Part shown: one piece after another, positions 46,000 to 56,756 of the stretch | Numbering within the stretch: position 1 is the stretch's first letter | How the letters are laid out: each line of letters begins with the position of its first letter | Source: a virus | Length of the DNA: 64,000 nucleotides | Virus record (IMG/VR): IMGVR_UViG_3300046512_000168 | Span: 18,194 to 82,193 of that record | Strand: one strand, 5' to 3' | Translations under genes and position numbers: made by a program | Notes under the pieces: model-generated | Told to the model about the DNA's origin: nothing | The model's input: only the letters and a program-made list of their open reading frames with translations | The model's database searches: none

Positions 46000-46956
46000 A
46001 TGACTTCATTTCGCGGTCTCTCGGTAAAGGCCGATATCGCCCTCACCGACCTCGCCACCAACGGCGGCCTGCTCCAGCCCGAGCAGAACGACGTATTCTT
46101 CCGCAAGCTGCTCGACGAGCCTACACTTCTGCGCGCCGTTCGCTCGGTCCAGATGAATGCGCCGCAGGCTGACATCAACAAGGTCGGTATCGGCACCCGT
46201 GTCTTCCACGGCGCCAAGAACTCCGGCAATGGTGCGACCGGCCTCAACGACAGCAACGTGAACGATCGCGTTCTTGCCGCAAGCAAGCGCACGTCTGTCA
46301 CGACGTCGAAGATCAGCATGAACACCGAAGAAGTTATCGCGGAAGTTCGTATCCCCTACGAAGTTCTCGAAGACAACATCGAGCGCGGCAACTTCCAGGA
46401 CACGATCCTGGCTCTCGTTGCTCAGCGCGGTGCCCTCGACTTCGAAACCCTGCTGATCTCCGGCGACAAGACGATCTCGTCTGCCACCGACGACCTGCTC
46501 TGCCTGCAGAACGGCATTCTGAAGCGCTTCACCTCGAACATCGTCGACGCCGCTGGCGAACAGATGTCGCTGGCGCTCTGGAACCGCCTGAAGAAGTCCC
46601 TGCCGACGGCCTACCGCCGCAACCTCGCAGCCATGCGCTACTTCACGTCCATGGACAAGGAAAGCGACTGGCGCGTAACGATGGCCGGCCGTCCGGGCGC
46701 GCTGGGTGACAGCATCGCCGTTGGTGGTCAGCCGGTTGCCGCTCTCGGCATCCCGCTCGCGCCGGCAGCCCTGATGCCTGACGCGAATGTCGTCTTCACC
46801 GACCCCAAGAACATCATCTGGGGCCTGCAGCGTAACGTCCGCATCGAGACCGACAAGGACATCCGCTCGCGTGAAGTGATCTTCGTCATCACTGCACGTA
46901 TCGCCATCCAGGTCGAAGAAGAGCTGGCCGGCGCCAAGCTCATCAACCTGGGTTAA
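46000..46956 (+). CDS. major capsid protein (HK97 fold)
   Basis: GGLLQPEQ...IPYEVLEDNIE...FTDPKNIIWG...RIETDKDI. Confidence 0.9.
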   Translation: MTSFRGLSVKADIALTDLATNGGLLQPEQNDVFFRKLLDEPTLLRAVRSVQMNAPQADINKVGIGTRVFHGAKNSGNGATGLNDSNVNDRVLAASKRTSVTTSKISMNTEEVIAEVRIPYEVLEDNIERGNFQDTILALVAQRGALDFETLLISGDKTISSATDDLLCLQNGILKRFTSNIVDAAGEQMSLALWNRLKKSLPTAYRRNLAAMRYFTSMDKESDWRVTMAGRPGALGDSIAVGGQPVAALGIPLAPAALMPDANVVFTDPKNIIWGLQRNVRIETDKDIRSREVIFVITARIAIQVEEELAGAKLINLG

Positions 46957-47033
46957 GCGAACATCTGTAGGCGTGGGGCTTCGGCCCCTCGCTTCTCCTA
47001 CGCCACCCAACCGCTTCCCGGAAGGACGCAGAC

Positions 47034-47747
47034 ATGACCATCAAACTTTCCAAGAGCACTGCCGGCCGCGTGGACGGTGGCTCCAACCAGCACCTCATCA
47101 TCGCGATCGCCCAGCAGCACGCCCGCCAGGCGGCTTCTGGCATTGTCGCACTTACCGACAGTTCCGGCGGCACGGCGTCGACCACGCGTTCCGTCGTCTC
47201 TATCCCGGCAGACCTCGCCAACAAGGCAGCCTCTGGCTCCGACCTGGCCACTGCCGCTTCGGCCGTCACCCAGCTCACGCTGGTCAAGGACGCCATCCTC
47301 GAACTGGCAACGAAGGCGAATGCTGTTGCTGCTGCAATCGGCGTCCCTGCTGCCGACCAGCTCACCTATAACGGTGGCGGCACGGCGGCCGACGGCACGA
47401 TCGGCGCAATCGGCACCACGACCGGCGCAGCAACTGGCGCACAGGCGAGCAACGTCAACACGAGCATCCTGGCTCTGGACGGCGCGCTCTACACGGTCTC
47501 CCGCTTCGTCTCGCAGCTTGCCACCGCAGAAGGCGTCAACACGCTCAGCACCGCAAAGGACCTCGGCACGTTCGCAAAGACGGTTGCCGCGATCACGATC
47601 GGTGCAGGCGCTGATGCCGCTCCTGGCGTCAAGAAGGCCGAACTCGACGCCAAGCTGGCGCTCTTCGCCAACAACATCGCAACGATCGCGGCTCGGCTTA
47701 ACGCCCTGCGCGGCACGTTCGTCCCCGAGGTTGTAGTGGTCGCCTAA
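47034..47747 (+). CDS. head decoration / head fibre protein
   Basis: Ala/Thr-rich, ALTDSSGGTA motif; directly after capsid. Confidence 0.55.
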   Translation: MTIKLSKSTAGRVDGGSNQHLIIAIAQQHARQAASGIVALTDSSGGTASTTRSVVSIPADLANKAASGSDLATAASAVTQLTLVKDAILELATKANAVAAAIGVPAADQLTYNGGGTAADGTIGAIGTTTGAATGAQASNVNTSILALDGALYTVSRFVSQLATAEGVNTLSTAKDLGTFAKTVAAITIGAGADAAPGVKKAELDAKLALFANNIATIAARLNALRGTFVPEVVVVA

Positions 47748-47815
47748 CGGCGGCCATTCCTCTTTCCCGAAACCCCGAGCAGTCCCGCAGAGACGGGCAC
47801 CACGAGGAGATCGAA

Positions 47816-48097
47816 ATGTCTGATGAAGCAAAGCAGTACCGCGCTACCCTGACACGCGGCATGTACTACGACCACAACGGCGTGGTCTGGAACAACCACA
47901 CGCAGCCGGAGGGCCAGAAGGCCCACCAGCTCGTCGATGAAGCGACCAAGAAGTACCTCGAAGAAAACGCTGTCGAATTCCGCGAAGTGGACGGTGAGGA
48001 CTTCTCCATGACGCGCTTCACGTTTACTGACCCGGATGTCGACGTCAACGACGCACCCGCGCCGAAGACCCGTCGTCGTCAGCGCAGCGCAGAGTAA
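47816..48097 (+). CDS. hypothetical head-module protein
   Basis: GAGGAG RBS. Confidence 0.7.
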   Translation: MSDEAKQYRATLTRGMYYDHNGVVWNNHTQPEGQKAHQLVDEATKKYLEENAVEFREVDGEDFSMTRFTFTDPDVDVNDAPAPKTRRRQRSAE

Positions 48098-48143
48098 CAA
48101 CAAGGGGGCCTCTAGCGGGCCCCCAAAGTCTATGGAGGCCAGC

Positions 48144-48791
48144 ATGGCAGACTTGATCACCCTCACCGACGCCAAGGCTGGCCTTCCCATTCGTGCCGGC
48201 AACACAGAATACGATACGAAGATCGCCGAGCTGATCTCTGTCGTGTCCGGCCAGATCGAAAGGGCATGCCGGCGCTCGTTCAGCGCTGATACCTTTTCTG
48301 AGATTTTTCACGTCCAGGCAGGCGCAGAGCGCCATTATGACTTCCTCTCGGACACCAATACATCGGGCATATTCTTCTCGCCCAGCGGCACGCCCATCGT
48401 GTTGACGAAGGCCCCGCTGCTAGACCCACTGACGGTCAAGGTCTACTACGACCTGACGCACCGCTTCGCCGACGATACGCTGCTGTTCGATGACCAATAT
48501 GTCGTGCTCGCGGAAAAGAACTGCATCTACATCAACCGCCCGCTGGTCAAGAGCCGCGACAGCCTCAAGGTGACCTATGACGGCGGTTATGCGGAAGTGC
48601 CAGCCGACGTCCGCCTGGCCTGCGTCATGCAGGTCCAGCACCTCTTCAAGCGCTCACTGCCGGAGAACGTCTCGACAGCGTCCGACAAGGACAGCAAGGG
48701 CAAGGAAGAATACACGACAAAGTTCGGCCTCCTGCCTGAAGTCGCCAACATGATCGCCGAATACCGCACGCTGCTTCGAGGCCGTGGATGA
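48144..48791 (+). CDS. head-tail connector protein
   Basis: LITLTDAK...IERACRRSF...KVTYDGGYAEVPADVRLA. Confidence 0.8.
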   Translation: MADLITLTDAKAGLPIRAGNTEYDTKIAELISVVSGQIERACRRSFSADTFSEIFHVQAGAERHYDFLSDTNTSGIFFSPSGTPIVLTKAPLLDPLTVKVYYDLTHRFADDTLLFDDQYVVLAEKNCIYINRPLVKSRDSLKVTYDGGYAEVPADVRLACVMQVQHLFKRSLPENVSTASDKDSKGKEEYTTKFGLLPEVANMIAEYRTLLRGRG

Positions 48792-49435
48792 GCGAGAACC
48801 CGATCACAATCCAGATCGGCGGAAGCACCTTCACCGACCTCGACGAGGCAGTAGACTGGATCGTGAAGGAGCTTGATGCCTCTCCCAATCGCGTCGCCCG
48901 CAAGGTGTCCGACGCTATGCGACGTTCGTTGCAACGCGTTGCAAAGGCAATGGAGGAAGCGCATTCCTCCGCGTGGAACGGCAACCTCGTCAACAGCGGC
49001 AACACGTTGCAGCGCCGCACCGGCGAAGGGCTGAAGTCCATCCGGGACAGTATCTACGTCACAGGTTCAACCGGCAGTGTCGAGGACGTAAAGGGTTCGA
49101 TCTCTACCGGGTCCATGACCATCCACGAGACCGGCGGCACCATTACCGCCAGGTCCGGCAAGTACCTCACCATCCCTCTCCCTGCGGCATGCGATAGCCG
49201 AGGCGTTCCTCTGAGGCGATCGGCGCGGGACTGGGACAAGACCTTCGTCCAGCGCTCTCGCAAGGGCAACCTGATCATATTTCAGCGGCGCGGCCGGGAG
49301 CTTGTGCCGCTCTACCTGCTCAAGCCGTCTGTCTATATCCGCCCACGTCTCGGGCTGGAGAAGGCTTACATGAGCGAGATGCCCTACTTCCAGGAGCGCT
49401 TGCTCGATCTCTTCGTGAAGGAGCTTAAGCTGTGA
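48788..49435 (+). CDS. neck / tail completion protein
   Basis: RRTGEGLKSI...IHETGGTI...YLTIP...RPRLG. Confidence 0.7.
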   Translation: MSENPITIQIGGSTFTDLDEAVDWIVKELDASPNRVARKVSDAMRRSLQRVAKAMEEAHSSAWNGNLVNSGNTLQRRTGEGLKSIRDSIYVTGSTGSVEDVKGSISTGSMTIHETGGTITARSGKYLTIPLPAACDSRGVPLRRSARDWDKTFVQRSRKGNLIIFQRRGRELVPLYLLKPSVYIRPRLGLEKAYMSEMPYFQERLLDLFVKELKL

Positions 49436-49923
49436 TTGCAGACCTTCCCCCGGATACCGTCCGCGACCGTATCCTGCAGCATCTTATCAAGCGCTTTCAG
49501 GATTGCGTGGCCGGAGAGAATGGCCGCTTCATTACCTGGAACACCGTCTCCGATTGCCCGCTCACGTCTACCGAGACGGCGCTAGGCAATGCGATCGGCA
49601 TCTACGACGGTCGCGAGCGCAACAGGGACCTGGTCGGGTATTCGACCCGAATTCTCGAAGTCCAAACCGAGTTTAAGATACAATTGGCGATCGGCGACAA
49701 GCCCGCCAAAGTCGCCCGCGCCGTCCTCGGCGAAGTCCAGACCGTCATGACCTCCGACATTTACTGCACCGAAGGCCCTATTCAGTTAAGCCTAGATATT
49801 GTAGAAAGCGGAAACGAGCTTGACGTAGACGGGCCTCACGATCAGACGGTGGCCGGCATTGTCTTCTGGGAAATTCAATATCGGCACATCGCGGGCAACC
49901 CCCGTAAACGACAAGGAGAATAG
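49432..49923 (+). CDS. tail terminator protein
   Basis: Position before tail tube; TVRDRIL...EIQYRH. Confidence 0.65.
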   Translation: MIADLPPDTVRDRILQHLIKRFQDCVAGENGRFITWNTVSDCPLTSTETALGNAIGIYDGRERNRDLVGYSTRILEVQTEFKIQLAIGDKPAKVARAVLGEVQTVMTSDIYCTEGPIQLSLDIVESGNELDVDGPHDQTVAGIVFWEIQYRHIAGNPRKRQGE

Positions 49924-49925
49924 CA

Positions 49926-51200
49926 ATGACCCTGGGTAACCCCCTCCTGACCCGCAAGGCCGTAGTGCTCGCCGGCGTACAGTCTGGCGTAGGCGTGCCG
50001 GCTACACTTACAGCCGCCGCAAACGCAATTCAGGTCACCGACCCCGACTTCTCGGTCGACCCGACCCTTCTCGAACGCAAATTCACGTCTCCGGACCTGT
50101 CTCCGTTCCAGCACCTCATCGGCCGCAAGCTCTCCACGATCAAGTTCACGACCGAAGTGCGTGGCAACGGTCTGGAGCAGTCCGGCATCCTGACCGACGC
50201 CCCGAAGCTCGCTACGCTTCTGCGTGGCTGCGGTTACGTCCTGACGGCCATGACTGGCGCGGGCGGTGACAGCGTCGCTCCGGTTATCAGTGACAGCAAA
50301 AACCCTGCCACCACGCCTGCCATCACGTGGGTAGTCGGCGGCACGCTCGGCGCCGGCATCACCAAGCCCGTGCTCTATACGATCACCAAGGGTGCCACGA
50401 CCGCAGTCGTCATCACTAACAACGACAACGCGACCGACAGCGGCGCTGGCTCTGCTACGACCATCGCCTCCGGCACGCCGCTTACCCTGTCGACCGCATC
50501 TGGCGTCACGGTCACCCCGACCTTCACCGGCTCCATCCCGACGGGCGCAGTCTTCTACGTCCTCGTCCTTCCGAAGGGCATCAAGGCCACGCCGGTCTCC
50601 TCCGGACAGGAGCTGCTGACGATCGAAGCCTACTTCGACGGCCTGAAGCACAAGCTGACGGACGCCATGGGCACCTTCACGATCACGGCAGAGGCTGGCG
50701 GCTACTCCACGATCGAATTCACATTTACCGGTTCGTTCAACAACGTCGTCGACGCAGCCGTTCCGGCGAGCCCCGTGTTCGAAGTCCAGCTTCCGCAGCA
50801 GGTGGAACTGGGCAACCTCACCTGGGGCTCTGTCGACGGTATCGTCGTCCAGGCGTTCTCCTACGACCAGCAGAACACCATCACGCCGCGCCCCGACGTC
50901 AATTCGCAGGATGGCTACAAGGGCAGCCGTATCACCGATCGCCAGCCGTCCGGCAAGATCAACCCGGAAGCGACGCTTGAAGCCGATCAGCCTTTCTGGG
51001 CCGACTTCGCCGCCGCCAAGGCAAAGCACTTCATGATGCAGGTCGGCACGTCTGTCGGTAACCAGGTCTGCTTCCACGGCCCTGTCGTTCAGACGTCGCA
51101 GATGGCTTACGGCGATCGTGACGGTATCCGTACCTACGAAATCGACCTGCTCTTCAAACGAAACCTGGGCAACGACGAGTTTAACTTCTATTTCTGCTAA
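49926..51200 (+). CDS. major tail tube protein with inserted Thr-rich domain
   Basis: LLRGCG...LTIEAYFDGLKHKL...GTFTI...YGDRDG; precedes the chaperone and tape measure. Confidence 0.8.
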   Translation: MTLGNPLLTRKAVVLAGVQSGVGVPATLTAAANAIQVTDPDFSVDPTLLERKFTSPDLSPFQHLIGRKLSTIKFTTEVRGNGLEQSGILTDAPKLATLLRGCGYVLTAMTGAGGDSVAPVISDSKNPATTPAITWVVGGTLGAGITKPVLYTITKGATTAVVITNNDNATDSGAGSATTIASGTPLTLSTASGVTVTPTFTGSIPTGAVFYVLVLPKGIKATPVSSGQELLTIEAYFDGLKHKLTDAMGTFTITAEAGGYSTIEFTFTGSFNNVVDAAVPASPVFEVQLPQQVELGNLTWGSVDGIVVQAFSYDQQNTITPRPDVNSQDGYKGSRITDRQPSGKINPEATLEADQPFWADFAAAKAKHFMMQVGTSVGNQVCFHGPVVQTSQMAYGDRDGIRTYEIDLLFKRNLGNDEFNFYFC

Positions 51201-51227
51201 CAGGGGCGACACTTGTAGGAGACTATA

Positions 51228-51410
51228 GTGGGCCATACCAACGGGACGATGCAGGTGAAAACCTACGTCGTCCTCCAAAAGAACAACGTGGCGCGTGACG
51301 GCGAGCCAAACGAAAAGGTCATCGCCGTCAAGCTAACCCGTGGAGCAGCCCAGGCTATCGTCAATCGAAACCCTGGGACGCGTATCGAAAAGCATCTGGC
51401 GGACAAATGA
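51228..51410 (+). CDS. hypothetical protein
   Basis: AGGAG RBS; VIAVKLTRGAAQ. Confidence 0.6.
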   Translation: MGHTNGTMQVKTYVVLQKNNVARDGEPNEKVIAVKLTRGAAQAIVNRNPGTRIEKHLADK

Positions 51411-51472
51411 TCTGCCAGTTGCAACCCGTTGCAAACCTGCCCTTCGGGGCATTCTCTCACTGAGGAAGACCT

Positions 51473-51919
51473 ATGGCCATCAAGGCACTCAAGCTCGACG
51501 CTGTCCACAAGTACGAAAGCGTCTACGACGAAGACAGGGGCACCGACCAGGCAACCGTCTGGCTCATCGGCACGCTCGACAGCCGCACGGCCGGCCGCAT
51601 CAAGGACCAGACGACCCGTTTCGTTGTCGACGCCAATGCCCCGGACGAAGAAGTCGAAACCGCGATCAACACTTCCGAAGTCAACTATCAGCGCGTCCAG
51701 TACGGCCTGAAGGGGTTCGAGCGCTTCCGCGACGAGGCAGGAAACGACATCGCATTCGAGACCGTCTCGCGCCGCCACGGCGGTCAGTCCTACAAGATCG
51801 TCGCCGATACCGTCATGCAGAAAATCCCGCAGGCTCTCATCGACGAGCTGGCCGGCGAGATTATCAAGGGCAACGAACTGTCGGTAGCTGACGTAAAAAA
51901 CTCCGCCAAGCCGTCCTAG
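51473..51919 (+). CDS. tail assembly chaperone (gpG-like)
   Basis: Position upstream of tape measure; slippery site near the 3' end. Confidence 0.8.
   Translation: MAIKALKLDAVHKYESVYDEDRGTDQATVWLIGTLDSRTAGRIKDQTTRFVVDANAPDEEVETAINTSEVNYQRVQYGLKGFERFRDEAGNDIAFETVSRRHGGQSYKIVADTVMQKIPQALIDELAGEIIKGNELSVADVKNSAKPS
51895..51901 (+). other. programmed -1 frameshift site A AAA AAC producing a gpGT-like fusion ending at 52263
   Basis: X XXY YYZ heptamer in the correct frame; the -1 frame is open from 51895 to stop at 52263 and includes ORF 52030..52263. Confidence 0.85.
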
Positions 51920-52265
51920 CCGTAGAACTCCTCCCCGAGAGGAACTGCGGCCGGTGCACGGCTTCCCAGAAGACCCACTGGGGGTGCAACGGCAACGCCA
52001 AGCTCCCGGTAACTCTGGACGGCGAGGATATGCACACCTGCCCTCGCCGCCCAATCCTGGATGATCCTGTCTTCTACGGCGAGCTCTTTTGGAGTTTCCG
52101 GAACTTCCAGAAGGGTCATTTCTACGACGAGGGTGCAACCGGCTCACAGCCAGCCGCCCTGGTCGACAGTTTTAGAGTGATGGAGCAGACGCTCGACCTG
52201 ATCGAAAATCACCGTCGGGAGCAGGACGCCAAGAGAAGAGCACGAGCTAAGAAGGTCCTTTGATC

Positions 52266-55200
52266 ATGGCGCCTACCAATCGCGAAATCACCTTCATCCT
52301 GAAAATGAGGAACGCCGCCAAGGCCGCCATCCGCGAGTTTGGCGGCGACCTCAAATCTGTCGCGAACCAGGGCAAGGCTGCCGGCGAAGCGCTGAAGGGC
52401 CTCAACGACAAGGCCAACAAGGTCAATCCCGGCAAGCCCTTCAGGGACGGGGCACGAGACGTCTCCTCCTTCTCTTCTACCGTCAAGACAGCCGTCGCGG
52501 CTCTGACTGGTCTCTCCGCTGCCATGCTCACGATCCAGGGGGTGCAGGCCTTCGCCAACCTTGAGCGCCAGCTCTCTGTCTTCAAGGCAGTGACCCAGGC
52601 GACCGAGGCCGACATGGCGCGTGTCAAGCAGGCTGCCCGCGAGATGGGTGCGACGACGGAATTCTCTGCCTCCCAGGGTGCCGAGGCGCTGATCAATTAC
52701 GCCCGTGCTGGCTTCACTGTCGAGCAGGCCATGGCCGCCGCCAAGTCGTCCCTCGACTTCGCGCTCGTGGCAGGCATCGATCTCGGCGAGGCAGCCGCTA
52801 CGACTGGCGCAATTATGAACCAGTTTGCCATCAGTGCCGGCCGTGCGACCGACGTCGTGGACGTGCTGGCGAAGGTCGATAACATCTCGGCCGCCTCTGC
52901 CGCATCACTGGGCGAAAGTTTCAAGTACGCAGGTACGGTCGCCAATGCTGCCGGCGTGTCGTTCAATACCCTTGCGGCTGCGATCGGCGTCGTCGGTGAT
53001 GCCGGCACGCTCGGCTCTATGGCGGGTACGCAGCTCCAGCAGGTCATTGCGCGCATGCTGAAGCCGACGCCGGAAGCTGCGCAGGCACTGAAGGAAATGG
53101 GCCTGTCGATCAAGGACCTCGACCCGAAGGACCTGATCGGCACGTTCACCCGCCTGCACGACGCAGGCATGACGGCCGGCCAGGGCCTGCGCATCTTCGG
53201 CGAGGAAGGCGGACGCGCCGCAATCCTTCTGTCTTCTGCGCCCGAGAAGCTGCGCAAATACGAAGAGGCAACACGCCAGGCCGGCGGCACGGCTGCACAG
53301 GCCGCGAAGATCATTGGCGACAACCTGACAGGCGACTTTCGTCAGCTACAGTCCGCCGGCGAAGAGCTGGCCAACGCGCTCGGTGATGCGGGCGTGGGCG
53401 GAGCCCTGCGCATCATGACCCAGACGCTGACAGACGGCGTCAACGGCATTGCCGGCCTCGTCTCCCACATCAAGGATGGATCGACTGAGGCAAAGGTGCT
53501 GTCTGCCGCGCTCGCCGGCATTGGCACGGCTGCTGGTGTTGCTGCGCTCGTCGGCGGCTTCGCTGCACTGGTCACAGCCATCCGCACCTCCTCGATCGCC
53601 ATGGCTGCGTTCAACGCGATCACCAAGGCTAACCCGCTACTATTCATCGCCAGTGCCATCATCACGGCGGTCACGCTGCTCTATGAATTCCGCGACGCCA
53701 CCTTCAAGTGGGGTGACGACACCGTACGTGTCGGCGATCTGGTCATGGCGATCTGGGAGAAAGTCAAGAACGCGCTCCAGGTTGTCTGGCAAGGCTTCTC
53801 TCAGGCCGTGCAGGACATCCTCGCCGGCATCGGTATCGTCGCCGATGGCGCTGCTACCTTGTTCGGTGGCATGATATCGGCAGCCGCTAAGGCTACGACG
53901 AACATGGTCAACACCTTCATCGCCTTTTCGATCTCGGTGAAGGACGTCTTCGTAGCGCTCGGCAATACGGTCTATGACGTTTTCATGGGCATGGTCGACA
54001 ATGCCAAGTCGCTGTTCGGCAACCTGGCCGACGGCATCGGCGATGCGATGACGCTCGACTTCGATGGCATGCGCGAGGCGTTCAACCGCCCGACCAAGGA
54101 CCTGACAGAAGTCGTCGCTAAGAACTTCGCCGAAGTGAAAGACAAGATCGCCGAGAACTTCTCGACAGACTACGTCAAGACCTTCGTCGACAGCGCCGAA
54201 AAGCTGATCGAGGATTTGAAGTCCGGTGCCATCAAATCGATGGACGAAGTGACCACCCGCGCCAAGCAGCTCGAAGAAGAGCGCAAACAGGCGGAAAAGG
54301 CTGCCAAGGGTGGTCAGACAGACTTCGCCAACCCGAACAAGCCAGGTGCGAACGACGCTTCGCAGGTCCGCAAATTCGCAGAAGCGCTGAACGAACGCAT
54401 CCAGAAGCTGAAGGACGAGGCGGCGGTCATCGGCCTCGGTGCGCAGGCGCGGGACCGTCTGACGGCCCAGCTCGAAGTCGAGCGTGAAGCCCGCAAGGCA
54501 GGTATTGCTGATGCCAAGCAGTATGTCGACCAGTACATGAAGGAATACGACGCGCTGCAGAAGCTGAAGGAAGCCTACGAGAGCAACCCGCTCAACGGCA
54601 TCCGCGCGGGCTTCGACGACTTCATCGACGACAATCTGAAGCTGGCCGACAAGGTCAAGGACGCCTGGAACACGGCGCTCAACGGCATTGCTGACAACCT
54701 CGCCGACCTGGTCGTGGACGGCAACGCCTCGTTTGGTGACATGGTCAAGGGCTTCGCCAAGCAGATGCTGTCTGCCGGTTTCAAGAACATCATGGCCAAC
54801 GCCTTCAAGGGCACCGGCCTGGACAAGATTTTCGGTGGCAGCAAAGACGCCGCAGGTGCAATCACGACGGCCACAGCCACGGTCACGGCCAACACCGTCG
54901 TCGTCAACGGCACGGTCACCGGTACTGGCCTCACGGCCCCGGTCGGCGCAGTGCAACGGGGTGCAGCGGGCTCGCCCAGTTCGCTCGGCTCGTCGGGCAT
55001 CGGTTCGGACTATGTCGCCGGCATTCGCGCTGGCGCATCCCAGGCCAAGAACGCATTCCTGGATGCCATCGCCTCGGTTGAGAGCGGCGGTCGATATGAC
55101 GTGCGCTACGGCGGCGTCGGCTCGCCCGGCAAGACATTCGATCCGTCGGCCGGCCACCCGAACATTCTGGAGCCGACCAAGGACGGTCGCTTCTCCTCGG

Positions 55201-56396
55201 CCGCAGGCGCCTACCAGATCACCGGCTCGACCTACCGCGACTTCGGCGGTGGCGGCTTTATGCCAGACGATCAGCGTGCAATGGCCTGGCGCATCGCCGA
55301 GCAGCGCTCCGGCCTTGGCTCGGGTCTCGAAAGCTACCTGCAGCAGAACGGTCTCGATCGCAGCCTTGTCGGTAAGCTCGGCGGCACGTGGGAAGGTCTG
55401 AAGGACAATCCGTCGAAGGCGATGAGCACCTATAACCAGTCCATCGGCGACAACGGCCCGAAACTGGTCGAGCAGGCACGCCAGACGTCCGAGCAGGTCA
55501 ACCAAATTCAGGTCCAGTCGATGCAGCGGCAGGTCCAGACGGTCCAGCAGACCCAGCAGCAGCTCGACAATATCCAGGTCAACGGCAGCGCCCAGCAGGC
55601 AGCCAATGCCAATCAGCTCAATCAGCAGCTCCAGGCGGCACAGGCCTCTGGCGATGCGCAGAAGGTCGCGTCTGCCCAGCAGGCAGCCCAGCAGTACATC
55701 CAGCTCAATCAGGCGGTAGCAGGGGCTGGCAACTCCGCTGCCACGGCTGCGCCGCAGTTCCAGCAAGTGCAGGCACGCACCACAACGGCCACGCCGCAGG
55801 TCGGCAACTTCGGTCAGGGTGTAGGTGCCCTGCTCGGCCCGCTATCGTCTGTCGTTCCAGGCCTCGGCCAGTTCTCCAGCGTGATCATGGCGGTCATAGG
55901 AGCGCTTGGCTCCAGCGGCGGAGGCGGTCTTGCCACGGGCGGCGGAGGCTTCATCAGCTCGCTGTTCGGCATTGGCCATGACGGCGCAAAGATCGGCTCC
56001 TACACCTCCGGCTATAAGTCGGCGGCACTCTCTGCCTTTGCCGGCGCACAGCGCTTCCACACGGGCGGCAAGCTCGGTCCCGACGAAGTGCCGTTTATCG
56101 GCCTCAAGGGCGAGCGTGTGCTCAATCGCGAAGAGACCAAGGCCTATGAAGCCGGCCAGGTCGCGGGCGGCTTTACCAGCCACCGTGCAGGTGGCAGCGG
56201 CGGCAAGAGCGGCGTGTCTATCGGTGACATCTCCATTCCGATCAGCATCCAGACGCAGGGCTCCTCCGGCGATCGGCAGAAGGACGAGGAGCATCAGCGC
56301 AACATGTCGCGCCAAGTGGGTGCCGCCGTCGATCAGCACATGACCGAATGGTTCATCAATCAGAGCCGCCCTGGCGGCCTCCTCGCAGGACGATAA
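52266..56396 (+). CDS. tape measure protein (TP901-type core) with lysozyme-like domain
   Basis: TTEFSASQGAEAL...LGESFKY...DNLTGDF; AFLDAIASVESGG...AAGAYQI; C-terminal FHTGG...GERVL. Confidence 0.92.
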   Translation: MAPTNREITFILKMRNAAKAAIREFGGDLKSVANQGKAAGEALKGLNDKANKVNPGKPFRDGARDVSSFSSTVKTAVAALTGLSAAMLTIQGVQAFANLERQLSVFKAVTQATEADMARVKQAAREMGATTEFSASQGAEALINYARAGFTVEQAMAAAKSSLDFALVAGIDLGEAAATTGAIMNQFAISAGRATDVVDVLAKVDNISAASAASLGESFKYAGTVANAAGVSFNTLAAAIGVVGDAGTLGSMAGTQLQQVIARMLKPTPEAAQALKEMGLSIKDLDPKDLIGTFTRLHDAGMTAGQGLRIFGEEGGRAAILLSSAPEKLRKYEEATRQAGGTAAQAAKIIGDNLTGDFRQLQSAGEELANALGDAGVGGALRIMTQTLTDGVNGIAGLVSHIKDGSTEAKVLSAALAGIGTAAGVAALVGGFAALVTAIRTSSIAMAAFNAITKANPLLFIASAIITAVTLLYEFRDATFKWGDDTVRVGDLVMAIWEKVKNALQVVWQGFSQAVQDILAGIGIVADGAATLFGGMISAAAKATTNMVNTFIAFSISVKDVFVALGNTVYDVFMGMVDNAKSLFGNLADGIGDAMTLDFDGMREAFNRPTKDLTEVVAKNFAEVKDKIAENFSTDYVKTFVDSAEKLIEDLKSGAIKSMDEVTTRAKQLEEERKQAEKAAKGGQTDFANPNKPGANDASQVRKFAEALNERIQKLKDEAAVIGLGAQARDRLTAQLEVEREARKAGIADAKQYVDQYMKEYDALQKLKEAYESNPLNGIRAGFDDFIDDNLKLADKVKDAWNTALNGIADNLADLVVDGNASFGDMVKGFAKQMLSAGFKNIMANAFKGTGLDKIFGGSKDAAGAITTATATVTANTVVVNGTVTGTGLTAPVGAVQRGAAGSPSSLGSSGIGSDYVAGIRAGASQAKNAFLDAIASVESGGRYDVRYGGVGSPGKTFDPSAGHPNILEPTKDGRFSSAAGAYQITGSTYRDFGGGGFMPDDQRAMAWRIAEQRSGLGSGLESYLQQNGLDRSLVGKLGGTWEGLKDNPSKAMSTYNQSIGDNGPKLVEQARQTSEQVNQIQVQSMQRQVQTVQQTQQQLDNIQVNGSAQQAANANQLNQQLQAAQASGDAQKVASAQQAAQQYIQLNQAVAGAGNSAATAAPQFQQVQARTTTATPQVGNFGQGVGALLGPLSSVVPGLGQFSSVIMAVIGALGSSGGGGLATGGGGFISSLFGIGHDGAKIGSYTSGYKSAALSAFAGAQRFHTGGKLGPDEVPFIGLKGERVLNREETKAYEAGQVAGGFTSHRAGGSGGKSGVSIGDISIPISIQTQGSSGDRQKDEEHQRNMSRQVGAAVDQHMTEWFINQSRPGGLLAGR

Positions 56397-56399
56397 GCC

Positions 56400-56756
56400 A
56401 TGACCACACCAAACCTACCCCTACCGAACGACGTCGAGATTTCCGTCGGCTCCGGCCGCGACGAGGTCGCCCGCGTCCTCAAGGCGCAGTTCGGCAACGG
56501 TTATGCACAGCGGGCCGGAGACGGCCTCAATTCGATCACCGCCGAATACTCGGTGTCATTTGAAAACCTCACGCGCGAAGAGGCGAAGGTCCTGACGGAT
56601 TTCTTCATCGAGCGCGCAGGCTGGCAGGCTTTCTACTACACGCCGCCAGATCAGGACGTGGCGAGGATGTGGACCTGCGAAAAGTGGCGGACTATACATG
56701 TAGGCCCCATTCACGATACAGTCTCGGCAACTTTCACACAGGTCTTTGCCCCGTAA
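56400..56756 (+). CDS. distal tail protein (lambda gpM-like)
   Basis: AQFGNGYAQRAGDGLN...FYYTPP...SATFTQVF. Confidence 0.85.
   Translation: MTTPNLPLPNDVEISVGSGRDEVARVLKAQFGNGYAQRAGDGLNSITAEYSVSFENLTREEAKVLTDFFIERAGWQAFYYTPPDQDVARMWTCEKWRTIHVGPIHDTVSATFTQVFAP

Noticed and set aside
53640-55766. Long minus-strand ORFs (708 aa here, also 44527-45903, 49875-51278, 59434-60504 and others)
   Set aside because: Antisense shadows of high-GC coding genes with no recognisable motifs or RBS.
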